Positions 47,293 to 58,393 are shown, numbered from the stretch's first letter. The stretch: DNA of 64,000 nucleotides from an uncultured delta proteobacterium (GCA_963727625.1 CAVSHR010000011.1:256001-320000), one strand, 5' to 3'. A program made the numbers and translations. The notes: a model not told the origin generated them from the sequence alone.

Positions 47293-47402
47293 TGTCTAGA
47301 TTTCCTTAAAGCTGCCTTTTCCGAATATCGCCGTGATTCGGCGGCTCTGTTGCGAGTTTCTCTAAAAACGAGCTTAATCTTCGGATCTTTGCGCTTTCTG
47401 TA

Positions 47403-47418
47403 AGCAATTTGCGTACCC
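47403..47418 (-). promoter_or_regulatory. sigma54-like promoter of the cyclase-kinase operon
   Basis: Minus strand GGGTACGCAAATTGCT (GG-N10-GC). Confidence 0.5.
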
Positions 47419-47696
47419 TACACGACGCGCATTGAAACGGCGGAGATAGGCGCAGTGCTTTGACTCACATATTTACCGTGACGCTTTGCCAAAACTCAGT
47501 AAGATCGATTGGTTTTGCGGCTATGGGCGCAAAATGGCTAAATCGGCTTGGCGCCGCCTTTCAATTAGCAACGAAATAGTTTGGCCTGGCGACTTTGTGA
47601 CACTAGATTCATGCGAGCTGTCAGATTTGTCAAGTTGGATTCCCATTGTTGTTCTCCATGAATTATAATTGTTTGAAATCTAACAAGTCTTTTTGT

Positions 47697-47712
47697 TGGC
47701 ACATAAACTGCA
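47697..47712 (+). promoter_or_regulatory. sigma54 promoter of flp pilin
   Basis: TGGCACATAAACTGCA, 80 bp before the ATG. Confidence 0.7.
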
Positions 47713-47792
47713 GCAATCGCGGGTAGTGCATTTGAGTCGGTTTAAGAGTCCATAAGCAGTTCAAATCAAATAGGAAAGGGGGTGAACAAATC

Positions 47793-47987
47793 ATGGAGCT
47801 TTTTAAGCGCTTGTTAGTAGAGGAGGATGGCCAAGGATTGGTCGAATACACCTTGATCGTCGTTCTAGTTGCCTTGGTTTTCTGGGTTGCCATCAAAGAG
47901 ACTGATATAGGTAGCCAATTGGCCAGCGGTTGGAGCAAGGTTGCGAGTTGCGTCGGCGATCCGTCGGCATGTACTTCGGCTTCGTAG
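47793..47987 (+). CDS. flp: Flp family type IVb pilin
   Basis: EEDGQGLVEYTLIVVLVALV Flp motif, 64 aa, C-terminal Cys pair. Confidence 0.95.
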   Translation: MELFKRLLVEEDGQGLVEYTLIVVLVALVFWVAIKETDIGSQLASGWSKVASCVGDPSACTSAS

Positions 47988-48016
47988 TCATGACGTGATT
48001 TTCACGATGCGGTAAC

Positions 48017-48055
48017 CGTGGCTCAGAAATGGAGTCTTTCCGTTTCTGAGCCACG
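48017..48055 (+). terminator. Strong stem-loop after flp (terminator or mRNA stabiliser)
   Basis: CGTGGCTCAGAAATGGA gtctt TCCGTTTCTGAGCCACG. Confidence 0.7.
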
Positions 48056-48123
48056 TTATTGCATGGAGCCGAATAATGCTAAATTTTATTGACAAGCTTT
48101 TTTATGAAGTGTAGGCTTCGTAG

Positions 48124-48690
48124 TTGATTAAAAATGTTGTTTTAAACAATTTGACACCTTCAGACGCGATTATATGCACGGTTAGTGGGCTCGCGGCGTT
48201 CTTCGATATGAGGTTAAGGAGAATTCCGAACTGGCTCATCGCGTCCGGTTTGCTCTGCGGGGTCGTCTTGAACTATTTCCAAGGAGACGGGCGTTGGCTC
48301 CAAAGCGTTTTTGGGTTTGCCGTCGGGGTCGCTGTGCTGGTCTTGCCATTTGCCTTTGGATGGATCGGGGCGGGCGACGTTAAGTTTTTTGGCGTCGTCG
48401 GTGCTCTTTTGGGGATATCTTGGCTGCCACGGGTGTTTTTCTATTCTGCTCTTGTTGCCGGAGTGATTGCGGTTGGCTATTTGGTTGTCGGTTTGTCGAA
48501 ATTTTCCCGCTTAAAATCCTATTGGTTGGACGTTAAAACCGCCGTTCTGAGTATGGGGAATGTGTTACCGGAAACCGCGTCTGTGCGTAATCATGACTCT
48601 GGTGCCTCAGTGCCGTGGGGTGTTGCCTTCGCGGCTGGAATGATTATCGCATACTATTTTGATCCGAGCGGTCGATGGTCCGGATTTTAA
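48124..48690 (+). CDS. cpaA: Prepilin peptidase (A24, CpaA/TadV)
   Basis: D...RRIPNWL, GAGDVK, VPWGVA. Confidence 0.92.
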   Translation: MIKNVVLNNLTPSDAIICTVSGLAAFFDMRLRRIPNWLIASGLLCGVVLNYFQGDGRWLQSVFGFAVGVAVLVLPFAFGWIGAGDVKFFGVVGALLGISWLPRVFFYSALVAGVIAVGYLVVGLSKFSRLKSYWLDVKTAVLSMGNVLPETASVRNHDSGASVPWGVAFAAGMIIAYYFDPSGRWSGF

Positions 48691-48773
48691 ATATGGACAA
48701 ATTCGAACAATGACGATTTCTAAGATTTTGCGGTAATTACTTGGCAAATCATTACGCTTAGTGAGGAGCTGAT

Positions 48774-49601
48774 ATGCAGAATAGACTAAAAATTGCGTTA
48801 GTCGTGGCGGTGTTTTTCGGTTTAATCGCCGCCTACGGGATATACAATTTTCTCAGCAGTCAACAAAAACAGGCGGATTCACTCCGAGCCGCAAACCAAG
48901 ATATCGTGGTTGCAGCGAAAGATATTCCGCCCGGGACGACCCTCAATGAGGAGGCGATAAAAAAGGGATTGATTAAGACCACGCCGTGGCCCAAAACATC
49001 GATCCCGGCAGGTGCGTTTTCTTCTCCTCAGCAGGTGATCGGCAAGGTGAATCGGGTAAAGATTCTAGCCAACGAGCCGCTTTTGGAGTCCCGTCTTGCC
49101 GGTGAGGGCGCGGGGCTTACGGTCCGGTTGGATCCGGGCAAGCGCGCGTTAGCTTTGTCGGTGAACGAGATCGTCGGGGTCAGTGGTTTTATCGTTCCCG
49201 ATGATCGGGTCGATGTTATTTTGACCACGAGCCCATTAGGAACGGGGCAGGATACAAAAATTTCAAAAATCATTATGCAAAATAAACGGGTTCTATCCGT
49301 TGCGCAGAGCACGGAGCAAAAGGATGGGAAACCCCAACTCGCGCGTTCGATCACGTTAGAAGTCACTCCTGAAGAAGCGCAAAAGCTGACTTTAGCAACG
49401 CAGGAAGGGCAGATTGTTCTCGCCTTGCGCGGTCTCGGCGATGATGCGCCGGTAGTCACCAAAGCCAGCAACAAGCGAGATATCTTGTCGCTCGCTTCGG
49501 TGTCCCCTAAGCCATCCTCCGCAGGTGCGGTTGCGCCGCCGCCGGAAAAATATCAGGTCGAGGTCATTATGGGTAGTAAGCGAAACGTGGTGGAATTCTA
49601 A
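48774..49601 (+). CDS. cpaB: Flp pilus assembly protein CpaB/RcpC
   Basis: VVAAKDIPPG SAF domain, GVSGFIVPDDRVDV, TLEVTPEEA, LALR. Confidence 0.95.
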   Translation: MQNRLKIALVVAVFFGLIAAYGIYNFLSSQQKQADSLRAANQDIVVAAKDIPPGTTLNEEAIKKGLIKTTPWPKTSIPAGAFSSPQQVIGKVNRVKILANEPLLESRLAGEGAGLTVRLDPGKRALALSVNEIVGVSGFIVPDDRVDVILTTSPLGTGQDTKISKIIMQNKRVLSVAQSTEQKDGKPQLARSITLEVTPEEAQKLTLATQEGQIVLALRGLGDDAPVVTKASNKRDILSLASVSPKPSSAGAVAPPPEKYQVEVIMGSKRNVVEF

Positions 49602-49619
49602 ATGGGAAGGGGAGAGTTC

Positions 49620-51125
49620 ATGAGTATTCGTTGTTTAGTCCGGGGGCGGCTAAATAGAATTGTCCTGGCGGCGACGATGGCGTTTGCGTTGACGGCGCAA
49701 ACGGCACTAGCGCAGCCGCAGATGGCGCCGACAATTACCGTAACGGTAAACAAATCGATGGTGTTTAGGCTCGCTGAGAAGGTTAAGACCGTACAGGTCT
49801 CGCAGCCGCAAGTGGCGGACGTGCGAGTGATTAGGCCGAATCAGCTTTTGATCAATGGCAAGGGTATCGGTACCACTTCGCTGATTCTTTTTGACGAAAA
49901 GGGCGAGGTTACCAATTTTGATTTGATCGTCACTCCGGATATCTCAGCCATGCGCGCGCAGCTACGCTCGATTTTTCCCGATGAAAAGATCGAAGTTTCG
50001 ACTTCGGGCCCTGCGATTGTTCTGAGAGGCGAGGTGTCAAACGAGACGGTCTATGACAGGGTGCTCGAGATCGCTACAACCTACCTCCCGCCCAAACCTC
50101 CCGCCGCGGTTGCGCCGTCGACCACTACGATTACTGTCAATCCAACTACCACGACCCCACAGTTTGGTTCCGGCTTCAAGGGTGGCGGTCAGGTGGCCTT
50201 TGAGGATGCGTCGGATATGACATCTGTAAACCGCTTCGGGAACAGAAAAACCGAAGGAATCGTGGATTTGCTGGTCATCAAGGAGATTCGCCAGATCGAG
50301 CTCGATGTTATCGTTGCGGAAGTGTCACTTAGCAAGGCGCGTGAGATCGGTTTTAATTTTCGCTACAGCGGACCAACCCAGGTCCAATCGGCAACATCTG
50401 CCCTCGGCTCGGTGTCCGACAGTGGCAGTAACCCAACGGTTTCATTGCCCGCATTCTTGGGCGCACCAACCGGCGCCTTCACTTATATTAATGGTGCTTA
50501 TTCGCTCGTATCGCTCTATCGATTATTGCAAAATAAGGATCTCTCTGAAATTCTCGCGCAGCCGCGCCTGGTGATCAAAAACGGCCGCGCCGGCGGGTTT
50601 TTATCCGGCGGCGAGATTCCCATACAGCAGGTTACGGCCAACAACTCAACCGTCGAGTTTAAAGAATTCGGCGTTCGGCTTAATTTTGTTCCGACGATCA
50701 CCTGGTCCAACCGGATTGATCTTAAGGTTCTCCCTGAGGTGAGCGAGCCCAGCTCAAGTCTAATTGTCAACGGCATTCCGGCGATTACCACGAAACGCAC
50801 GCTGAGCCAGGTGGAGATGAAAGAGGGGGAAAGCCTCATTATCGGCGGTTTGTTGGACCGGAGAATCGTAAAAAACCTTGCCAAGTTTCCTATCTTGGGC
50901 GACGTGCCGATTTTGGGAGCGCTGTTTAGAAGCACGCGGTTTAGCAACAAGGAGACGGAGCTGATTTTTGTAATTACTCCGCGCATTGTCCGTACGATGA
51001 AGCCGGGCGAAAAACCGAATCTTCCCGGAATAGAAAAATATGACGATCCGGATATGCGCCAGGTGCCCGTGCCCATGGGACCGCAAGCGAGAAAATCCGC
51101 GACTCCAGGAGCCTCGATTCCGTGA
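49620..51125 (+). CDS. cpaC: Tad secretin CpaC/RcpA
   Basis: N-terminal pilus-formation and BON-like region, FLSGGEIP, KEFGVRL, PILGDVPILGALFRS...ETELIFVITP. Confidence 0.93.
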   Translation: MSIRCLVRGRLNRIVLAATMAFALTAQTALAQPQMAPTITVTVNKSMVFRLAEKVKTVQVSQPQVADVRVIRPNQLLINGKGIGTTSLILFDEKGEVTNFDLIVTPDISAMRAQLRSIFPDEKIEVSTSGPAIVLRGEVSNETVYDRVLEIATTYLPPKPPAAVAPSTTTITVNPTTTTPQFGSGFKGGGQVAFEDASDMTSVNRFGNRKTEGIVDLLVIKEIRQIELDVIVAEVSLSKAREIGFNFRYSGPTQVQSATSALGSVSDSGSNPTVSLPAFLGAPTGAFTYINGAYSLVSLYRLLQNKDLSEILAQPRLVIKNGRAGGFLSGGEIPIQQVTANNSTVEFKEFGVRLNFVPTITWSNRIDLKVLPEVSEPSSSLIVNGIPAITTKRTLSQVEMKEGESLIIGGLLDRRIVKNLAKFPILGDVPILGALFRSTRFSNKETELIFVITPRIVRTMKPGEKPNLPGIEKYDDPDMRQVPVPMGPQARKSATPGASIP

Positions 51126-51191
51126 GTTGGAGTTCAACGTGGCATTTGGGTTTGATCAAGGCGAATCGTTGCAACGAGATAAAGCGAAATA

Positions 51192-52409
51192 ATGTCGTTA
51201 CCCATTTATTTAGTAGGCGAAGATAGCCTGGCCTTAGCCTCTTTAAAGCAGCAGCTCGAAAAAGAGGCTAAGGGATCGGTCGAGCCGAAGATATACGCCT
51301 ACGGGGAGGCTTTCGACGCGCTCAAGAATCATAGCGGTCCGGCCATCGCCATTGTCGATATTAACCTCGACCCGGAGCGGGCGTTTGGTGTAGCCGAACA
51401 GATCAAGCTCAGGCTGGTTAACGTTCGCTTGGTCATGACTGCGCCGACGGGTGCCCCCGACACGATCTTGCGTGCCATGCGGGCCGGCGCCGAAGAGTTT
51501 CTCTCTCAGCCGTTTAATTGGCCCGAGGTGCTAAAGTCGCTCGATTCGATCAGTAAAAAAGTTGACCTTCATGCGACGAAATCGGTCGAGCGCGGGCATA
51601 TTGTGGCGGTTTCATCCAACAAGGGAGGCGTCGGCTCCACCACCGCGGCGACCAATATTGCCGCATGTCTGGTGGCGCAGAAAAAGTCGGTTTGCTTGGT
51701 CGATCTGGTGCTGCAGTTCGGTTCGGTCACAAGTTTTCTTAATATCGATACCTCCTATACGATTCTTGATTTAGTCAAAAACTTGAAACGTATCGACCCG
51801 CTTTTTCTCGACGGCTCGTTGGTCAAGCATGCCTCCGGCATTCGAGTGCTTGCCGAACCTTTTTATGCCGAGGATGCCAGGCGAATTACCCCGGCTGATA
51901 TCGACGAGATCCTGGACGTTCTGGCCCAATCCTTCGATTATGTCGTCGTCGACACTTCGAAGGAGTTCGACGATATGCTGGCCTTGGTTCTTGATAAAGC
52001 GAACTTGATTTTGTTTATCACGGAAATGGATGTCCCTTCGCTCAAGAGCGCGCACCGCGCCCTGGAGTTGTTCGAGCGCATGGGGATTTATGAGAAGAAA
52101 ATCCGCCTGATTCTCAATCGCTACGTGAAGAGCAAATTGATGACTTTGGAGTCGGTCGAAAAAGCGCTTGGGGTGAAAGTGTTTTGGACCTTGCCGAACA
52201 ATTATCCGGTGGCGATTGCGGCGGTCAATCAAGGTCTGTCGATTCAAGAATGTGATCCGAAGTCCGACATCGCAAGAAGCTACGCGGGGTTGACCGACGA
52301 GGTTTTGAAAACGTTTATGTTCGCGAGTACCTCTCGAGTGGAGTCGGCGGATAAAAGGTCGGGGCTGCTCGGACGATTCCTGCCGCCGGTACGAGGACTA
52401 ATCAAGTAA
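51192..52409 (+). CDS. cpaE: Pilus assembly protein CpaE/TadZ (atypical REC + MinD-like ATPase)
   Basis: AMRAGAEEFL, SNKGGVGST, VDLVLQFG, FDYVVVD, LILNRY. Confidence 0.92.
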   Translation: MSLPIYLVGEDSLALASLKQQLEKEAKGSVEPKIYAYGEAFDALKNHSGPAIAIVDINLDPERAFGVAEQIKLRLVNVRLVMTAPTGAPDTILRAMRAGAEEFLSQPFNWPEVLKSLDSISKKVDLHATKSVERGHIVAVSSNKGGVGSTTAATNIAACLVAQKKSVCLVDLVLQFGSVTSFLNIDTSYTILDLVKNLKRIDPLFLDGSLVKHASGIRVLAEPFYAEDARRITPADIDEILDVLAQSFDYVVVDTSKEFDDMLALVLDKANLILFITEMDVPSLKSAHRALELFERMGIYEKKIRLILNRYVKSKLMTLESVEKALGVKVFWTLPNNYPVAIAAVNQGLSIQECDPKSDIARSYAGLTDEVLKTFMFASTSRVESADKRSGLLGRFLPPVRGLIK

Positions 52410-52418
52410 GGAACAATT

Positions 52419-53813
52419 GTGATGAAGAATCCAGCTTTTGAATCGGATAAGGAACGTTGGGACGCCGATAGGAATACCGGCGACGGCGCGCGCGGGCCGT
52501 TGCGGACGATGCAGGTAACCAACCCCGACGTGATCCTGCAGGATTTGCGGTTACGAATCCACCGCCGGCTGATCGATACTCTGGATCTGTCCAAGCTATC
52601 CAATTTGGAGATGGAGCGGGTTCGCGTCGAGATCCGTCGCATTCTCGAAGACTTGGTGATGGCGGAAGCGATTCCGCTGAGCCGCGCCGATCGCGATCGC
52701 CTGGTCATGGAAGTCCAGCACGAGGTATTCGGCTTGGGTCCGCTGGAAACCCTGATGAAGGACCCGGAAATTTCCGATATTTTGGTAAACTCCTCCAATC
52801 AAATCTACGTTGAACGTTACGGCAAGCTCGAAAAGACCGACGTTCGTTTCCGCGACGACGCGCATCTGATGCAGATTATCGAGCGCATCGTGACTCGGGT
52901 CGGCCGCAGAGTCGACGAAAGCTCGCCCATGGTCGACGCCCGGTTGGCCGATGGCTCGCGCGTCAACGCGATCATCCCGCCGTTGGCTTTGGATGGTCCG
53001 GTTCTTTCCATTCGGCGTTTCGGGGCCGAGCGGCTGACCATCAACGATTTGATTCAGTTCAACTCGCTGCCTCCGCAGATGGCGGAGGTCGCCTCGGCTT
53101 GCGTTAAGTCGCGTCTGAATATGATTGTCTCCGGCGGCACGGGCGCCGGCAAAACGACGCTGCTGAACTGTTTGTCGAATTATATTCCCGAGACCGAACG
53201 TATCGTGACCGTCGAAGATTCCGCCGAGTTGAAATTACAGCAGGAGCATGTGGTGCGGCTGGAAACCCGACCGCCGAACATCGAAGGCCAAGGCGCCGTG
53301 ACCGCTCGCGATTTGGTTCGAAACGCTTTGCGTATGCGGCCCGATCGGATCGTTATCGGCGAGGTCCGCGGCGGCGAAGCGCTCGACATGATGCAAGCGA
53401 TGAACACCGGTCACGACGGTTCGATCAGCACCGTCCACGCCAACAGCGCCCGCGATGCGCTTTCCCGTCTTGAGACGATGATGCTTATGGCCGGGATCAA
53501 TTTGCCGGAAAAAGCGTTGAGAGAGCAGATGGCTTCCGCCATCGACATTATCGTCCAGTTGACCCGCTTGAGCGACGGCAGCAGGAAGGTCGTGGAATTC
53601 TCCGAAGTCACGGGCATGGAAGGAAATACCATCACGACTCAAACCATCTTTAAGTTCGAGCAGCGAGGCGTTGAAAACGGCAAGATCCTCGGCGAGTTTG
53701 TCGCCACCGGCGTGATGCCGTCCTTTATGGAACGTCTGGAGCGTTACGGTTTCAAAATACCGAACACGCATTTTCTGCCGGTAGCCATCGGAGGGAAGAG
53801 AAAAGCGTTATGA
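52419..53813 (+). CDS. cpaF: Pilus assembly ATPase CpaF/TadA
   Basis: [50 protein letters not shown]. Confidence 0.97.
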   Translation: MMKNPAFESDKERWDADRNTGDGARGPLRTMQVTNPDVILQDLRLRIHRRLIDTLDLSKLSNLEMERVRVEIRRILEDLVMAEAIPLSRADRDRLVMEVQHEVFGLGPLETLMKDPEISDILVNSSNQIYVERYGKLEKTDVRFRDDAHLMQIIERIVTRVGRRVDESSPMVDARLADGSRVNAIIPPLALDGPVLSIRRFGAERLTINDLIQFNSLPPQMAEVASACVKSRLNMIVSGGTGAGKTTLLNCLSNYIPETERIVTVEDSAELKLQQEHVVRLETRPPNIEGQGAVTARDLVRNALRMRPDRIVIGEVRGGEALDMMQAMNTGHDGSISTVHANSARDALSRLETMMLMAGINLPEKALREQMASAIDIIVQLTRLSDGSRKVVEFSEVTGMEGNTITTQTIFKFEQRGVENGKILGEFVATGVMPSFMERLERYGFKIPNTHFLPVAIGGKRKAL

Positions 53814-54784
53814 GTTTACTCCTCATCAGTATATTTGCCTTCCTATCGGCGGTTTCGCTGGTGGTTATTCTGTTCATGCTGCCGATGGCGGTGCAGGATA
53901 CCGCCCAGGCTAGAATCAAGCGCCGGCTCACGGCCATCGGGAGGCTTGAGTACACTTCCAGGGCGGAAATGGCGAGTATTCTCAAGACCTCGATCTATAG
54001 CGAGTTGCCATGGCTGAATAACCTGTTGTCCCAATCTAAATTGATCCACAGAATCGATTTAATGCTCGAACGGGCGAATATCGACATGACGCCCGGGATG
54101 TTTATGCTTTGTTCGCTGGGCGCATCCGGGGTGACTTTTTTCCTGGCGTCAATCATCGGTCAGCCGACGATTATGTGTTTTGTCTTCGCGTTGGTTGCTC
54201 TGGTCTGTCCGTTTCTCTACGTCCAGTTTATTATCTGGAAGCGGTTGCGAAAGTTTCTCGAGCAAATGCCCGACGGTCTCGACATGATCAGCCAGAGCCT
54301 CCAGGCCGGTTTGGGTTTGACCCAGGCGATGGTTTTTGTCGCTAAGGAGATGCCGGACCCGCTCGGAACCGAGTTTTCGGTATTCATTGAGGAGGTCAAT
54401 CTCGGTCTGCCGTTGCCGGACGCCTTGAAGAAATTCGAAGAACGGATGAGCCTGCCGGAGGTTCGTTTATTCAATACCGCGCTCATGGTGCAACGGGAAG
54501 TCGGCGGCAGCCTGGCGGAGTTGTTGACTAAATTGGCGAATATTATCCGCGACCGGTTTCGAATCGAGCGCTTGATCAAGAGCTTGACCGCGCAAAATCG
54601 AATCAGCGCCTGGACGGTGTGCTCGGTGCCGCCGTTTCTGGCAGTGTTCATGTTTATGCGCGAACCGAAAATGATGAACGAGATGCTCCAACATCCGGTG
54701 GGCCGAGGGCTTCTTGCCGCGGCATTGGTTTTGGAGGTCGTCGGAATCCTGGTATTCCGCAAGGTTATTAAGATCCATATCTAG
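53810..54784 (+). CDS. tadB: Tad inner-membrane platform TadB
   Basis: QMPDGLD...[29 protein letters not shown]. Confidence 0.93.
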   Translation: MSLLLISIFAFLSAVSLVVILFMLPMAVQDTAQARIKRRLTAIGRLEYTSRAEMASILKTSIYSELPWLNNLLSQSKLIHRIDLMLERANIDMTPGMFMLCSLGASGVTFFLASIIGQPTIMCFVFALVALVCPFLYVQFIIWKRLRKFLEQMPDGLDMISQSLQAGLGLTQAMVFVAKEMPDPLGTEFSVFIEEVNLGLPLPDALKKFEERMSLPEVRLFNTALMVQREVGGSLAELLTKLANIIRDRFRIERLIKSLTAQNRISAWTVCSVPPFLAVFMFMREPKMMNEMLQHPVGRGLLAAALVLEVVGILVFRKVIKIHI

Positions 54785-54793
54785 GAGATTTGA

Positions 54794-55723
54794 ATGGAAC
54801 TTTTAATTGCGGTTGGATTCTTCGGGGTGGTTTCGGCCATCATTTATTTTTTCGTTGCTTCCAAAGCCCCGGTTGCCGAGGACGCCATTCAGCAACGCTT
54901 GCAAAACATCGGCATTCAAACTGAGCCAAGAAGCCAGATTCTTCTCCACCAAGATGAAGAGACGACGTTTTGGGAGCGCGTCGCCAATTTCTTTTTCGGC
55001 GATCGTGAGTTGCCCGAACGCTTCAATATGATCAGCCGGCGGTTGCACCAAGCGGGTTATCGCGGCAACCGCGCCGTGCGCATCTTTTGGGGGCTGAGAA
55101 TCTTTCTTTGCCTCGCCTTCGCCTTTGCCGGACTATTCGTCTCGCTGACCTCGGGGGCGGCGATGAGCGATTTGTTGCTGCTCACGGTCGTCGGCGCGGC
55201 GGTCGGCTATATGCTGCCGTTTCTAACGGTCTTTCGTAAGTCCCGCGCGCGAGTGCTGGCCATGCGCGAGACCTTGCCTGACACGCTTGATCTGATCGTG
55301 GTCTGCGTCGAAGCGGGGATGGGCATCGACTCCGCTTTAAACCGCGTCGGTAAGGAACAAAACGAGCAGAAACTCGCGTTGGGCGAAGAATTGGTTTTAG
55401 CCTCGCAGGAGATGCAGGCGGGAGCGGCGCGCAAGGAAGCGTTGCTTCGGTTGGCGGATCGCGTCGGGATCGAGGAGTTTCAAGCGCTGGTGACGTTTTT
55501 GACGCAAACCGAAGAAATGGGCGGCAGCATCGCGCGTTCGCTGCGCGTCTATGCCGAGACCATGCGCGATAAGCGCAGCCAAGCCGCCGAAGAGGCGGCG
55601 CGCAAGACCGTCATCAAGCTGATCTTCCCGTTGGTGTTTTTTATTCTCCCGGCCATTTTTATAATTCTGCTCGGACCTCCGGGCTTGTCTATCATGAAGA
55701 TGCTTTCGGATCCGTTGCATTAG
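54794..55723 (+). CDS. tadC: Tad inner-membrane platform TadC
   Basis: LPDTLDLIVVCVEAG, GGSIARSLRVYA, AEEAA...KLIFPLVFFILP. Confidence 0.93.
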   Translation: MELLIAVGFFGVVSAIIYFFVASKAPVAEDAIQQRLQNIGIQTEPRSQILLHQDEETTFWERVANFFFGDRELPERFNMISRRLHQAGYRGNRAVRIFWGLRIFLCLAFAFAGLFVSLTSGAAMSDLLLLTVVGAAVGYMLPFLTVFRKSRARVLAMRETLPDTLDLIVVCVEAGMGIDSALNRVGKEQNEQKLALGEELVLASQEMQAGAARKEALLRLADRVGIEEFQALVTFLTQTEEMGGSIARSLRVYAETMRDKRSQAAEEAARKTVIKLIFPLVFFILPAIFIILLGPPGLSIMKMLSDPLH

Positions 55724-55735
55724 GGAGTCAATGCC

Positions 55736-56134
55736 GTGCCGGTCATAAATTTAACCAAACAGACTTGGCTCGCCACCAAGGTGCGCAAGGCGGATAACTT
55801 CATGACCCGGCTGGTCGGTTTGCTCAAAAGAACCACTCTCGGACCGGAAGAAGCCCTGTGGCTGTTGCCGAGCAAGGGGATTCATACGATCGGCATGAAG
55901 TTTCCCATCGACGTGGTGTTCCTAAACAAAAATTATCTGGTCATCGGATTGATCGCCGGCATGGCGCCGAATCGTCTGAGCTCCATTCACTTGCGCGGTT
56001 ATAGCGTGCTCGAGTTGCGCACCGGGACGCTCAAGAAATCGCGCACGGAGATAGGCGATCAATTAGAAATATCGTTAGCGGAAGTTTCGGAGATGGACGA
56101 CTTGAGGGACAACCGCTTGAGTCACATCGGTTAG
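55736..56134 (+). CDS. DUF192 family protein
   Basis: ADNFMTRLVGLL, IHTIGMKFPIDVVFL, VLEL. Confidence 0.88.
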   Translation: MPVINLTKQTWLATKVRKADNFMTRLVGLLKRTTLGPEEALWLLPSKGIHTIGMKFPIDVVFLNKNYLVIGLIAGMAPNRLSSIHLRGYSVLELRTGTLKKSRTEIGDQLEISLAEVSEMDDLRDNRLSHIG

Positions 56135-56185
56135 TTTGTTAGTTCGTTAAGGAGGACGGTTTCACTTCGTATTTGCTGTTTTGAG

Positions 56186-56710
56186 GTGAAGACCATGAAA
56201 AACAATTTCCTAAAATGCCTTGCTACTCGCAAATGCTCCCGTGTTTTGCAGTCTTTCCTGTCACGCTCCAAGAGTAATGGGCAGGCGCTCGTCGAATTTA
56301 CTCTCGTCTTCCTTCTGCTTCTGGTTATCATTTGGATCCCGGCTGATTTCGGACTGGCTTTTATGACGGGCCAACTCGCCTCGAACGCGGCCCGAGAGGG
56401 CGCTCGAATCGGTTCGGCTAGCCCAACTTTCACTGCGGCCACTATTGAAGCAGAGACTTGCAAGAGGCTGCCGTCTGCGTTGTTGAGCGATCCTGGGGCT
56501 TCGGGTGGACTTGTGTCTTGTTCTCCATATTCCAACGCCAGAGTTCTTGCTTCGTTGGTTGGCAGCGGGTGCAACCAGACGGTCCAGGTTACGGTGAAGG
56601 GAAGCTACAATTACTTTTTCTATCAGCTTTTGCGCTTCATGGGTATGTCCATTGGGAATAGTGAGACGATTACGCGACAGGCCGAGATGCGTTGGGAGCA
56701 TCAGTGCTAG
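56186..56710 (+). CDS. tadE: TadE-like pseudopilin
   Basis: GQALVEFTLV, NAAREGAR. Confidence 0.88.
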   Translation: MKTMKNNFLKCLATRKCSRVLQSFLSRSKSNGQALVEFTLVFLLLLVIIWIPADFGLAFMTGQLASNAAREGARIGSASPTFTAATIEAETCKRLPSALLSDPGASGGLVSCSPYSNARVLASLVGSGCNQTVQVTVKGSYNYFFYQLLRFMGMSIGNSETITRQAEMRWEHQC

Positions 56711-56734
56711 TTCGGGTTCCGTACCGAGGTTGAT

Positions 56735-57217
56735 ATGCGCTCGATACTAAATTGCAAAGGGCAGAGCATCGTCGAGATTACCCTCATCACGCCGCTACTT
56801 TTGGTCGCGTTGTATGTTCCGTTTGATTTCGGAATGACGATCTTTACCGGTCATATCACTCAAAGCGCGGTGCGTGACGGCGCGCGAATCGCTGCGAACA
56901 CTGATGAGATGGATGCTAGCAAGGCCGGTAACTTGGCAAGCCAGGTTTACAATAATTTGCCTCAACTGCTGGTAGACGGGTCTACGACAAAGCAAGTTAC
57001 GGTAAATTATTATGCGCCTGGGACCGCTGGTTGCGCGCAATATGTTGAAGTTAGGGCCCAGGGAACTTATAATTTTTTTCTCTATCGGCTGATCGCGTTG
57101 TTGGGTTTTTCAGCCCCGAGTGGAACTCCAATCACCCGGACAACACAAATGCGTTATGAATTCCAGCCCGATATTAATGGCGGGACCGGCGCTACAACGT
57201 CGTTTGTGGAACGTTAA
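56735..57217 (+). CDS. TadE/TadF-like pseudopilin
   Basis: GQSIVEITLI, SAVRDGAR. Confidence 0.88.
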   Translation: MRSILNCKGQSIVEITLITPLLLVALYVPFDFGMTIFTGHITQSAVRDGARIAANTDEMDASKAGNLASQVYNNLPQLLVDGSTTKQVTVNYYAPGTAGCAQYVEVRAQGTYNFFLYRLIALLGFSAPSGTPITRTTQMRYEFQPDINGGTGATTSFVER

Positions 57218-57267
57218 CCGCCAGCGGCACGTATCCATCGCCATAGCTCGGTAATTGCGGAGGCCTC

Positions 57268-58279
57268 ATGCATACTGCAAGAAACGAACGCGGGTCGGTC
57301 ATCGTATTTGTGACGTTAATGATCGTCGTTCTTTTGATCATGGTTGGTCTTGGCTTGGACACAGGTCAAATGACCTATGTCCGAAATCAGGGGCAGGCTG
57401 CGGTGGATGCTGCCGCGTTAACGGCAGTGTCGGCATTGCCATCTAGGGATGATCTCCAGGTTAAAAGTCGAGCCGCCGGATTCAATTCGACCAATAACTA
57501 CGTCGAGAGCCCTACGAACTCGATCGGAAGCAATCACGTCAGCTACGTCCAATACGATTTCACCACTGATACGATCACTAACTATGCTGCAACCGTCAAC
57601 AACGCGAACGGGGTGAGAGTTGCTTTGGAGGGTGCAAGATGCGATAACAACGCCGGTCTTTTTGACTCCGATGCTCAATTTACTCGGTATATCGACCGGC
57701 GCGACCCAGGAGGTCAACGTTAGCGCGGTTGCGACAATAACGGCAAAGCCGGCAATCCCGATCGCGTTGTGGTCAAACCAGTGCGATGGAAGCAATACCG
57801 TACCCGACGTTAAAATAAAGATGCAACACCCCAGTCAGAAGGATGATGACGGTGGCGAGAATTCCTGTTGGACGACATTTCTCGATTGTTCCTCGGGTGC
57901 ACCGGACATCAAGGCAGGGTTTCAGGTTGCCGGAAGCTGTACGGGTAGCAGGATAGACGGGGATCTCAACATTGGCACGCCCATTTGCCAAAATAGAGGC
58001 CAAGTGAACACCGTCATAGACACCGCCGAGAAGTTCTTTGATGCGAACCCTGGACAACCCTGTTGGATCATTCCGGTTATAGGGGGTGGAGGCAACTGTG
58101 ATCCGACTAACCCGACGAATATCGTGGACTTTGCTAAAATTTGCCCGACCTCGATTTATAAAAACGGGGCTCACAGCTACATCCAGGCCGATGTAACTTG
58201 CAACCAATCACTCGCGGACCTTGATAGTAGTTTGTGTTTTTCTCACAGGCTGGTGCGGGAGCCCACCAAGGGTTATTGA
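57268..58279 (+). CDS. tadG: TadG-like pilus protein (frameshift at ~57637)
   Basis: ERGSVIVFV, LDTG...QAAVDAAAL. Continues in 57620..58279 (V.VSAVA...PIAL, Cys-rich C-terminus). Confidence 0.8.
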
Positions 58280-58328
58280 CCGGCCGACCGCGCCTCAGTT
58301 TCTATCGATTTTCTGACCCAATAAACGG

Positions 58329-58379
58329 CGGCGGAGCGGCTGACAGCTTTTGGTGGCGGCCACTCCGCCGGTTTTTTTT
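58329..58379 (+). terminator. Rho-independent terminator of the tad operon
   Basis: CGGCGGAGCGGC...GCCACTCCGCCG followed by GTTTTTTTT. Confidence 0.75.
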
Positions 58380-58393
58380 GATAAAGTAGGTTC

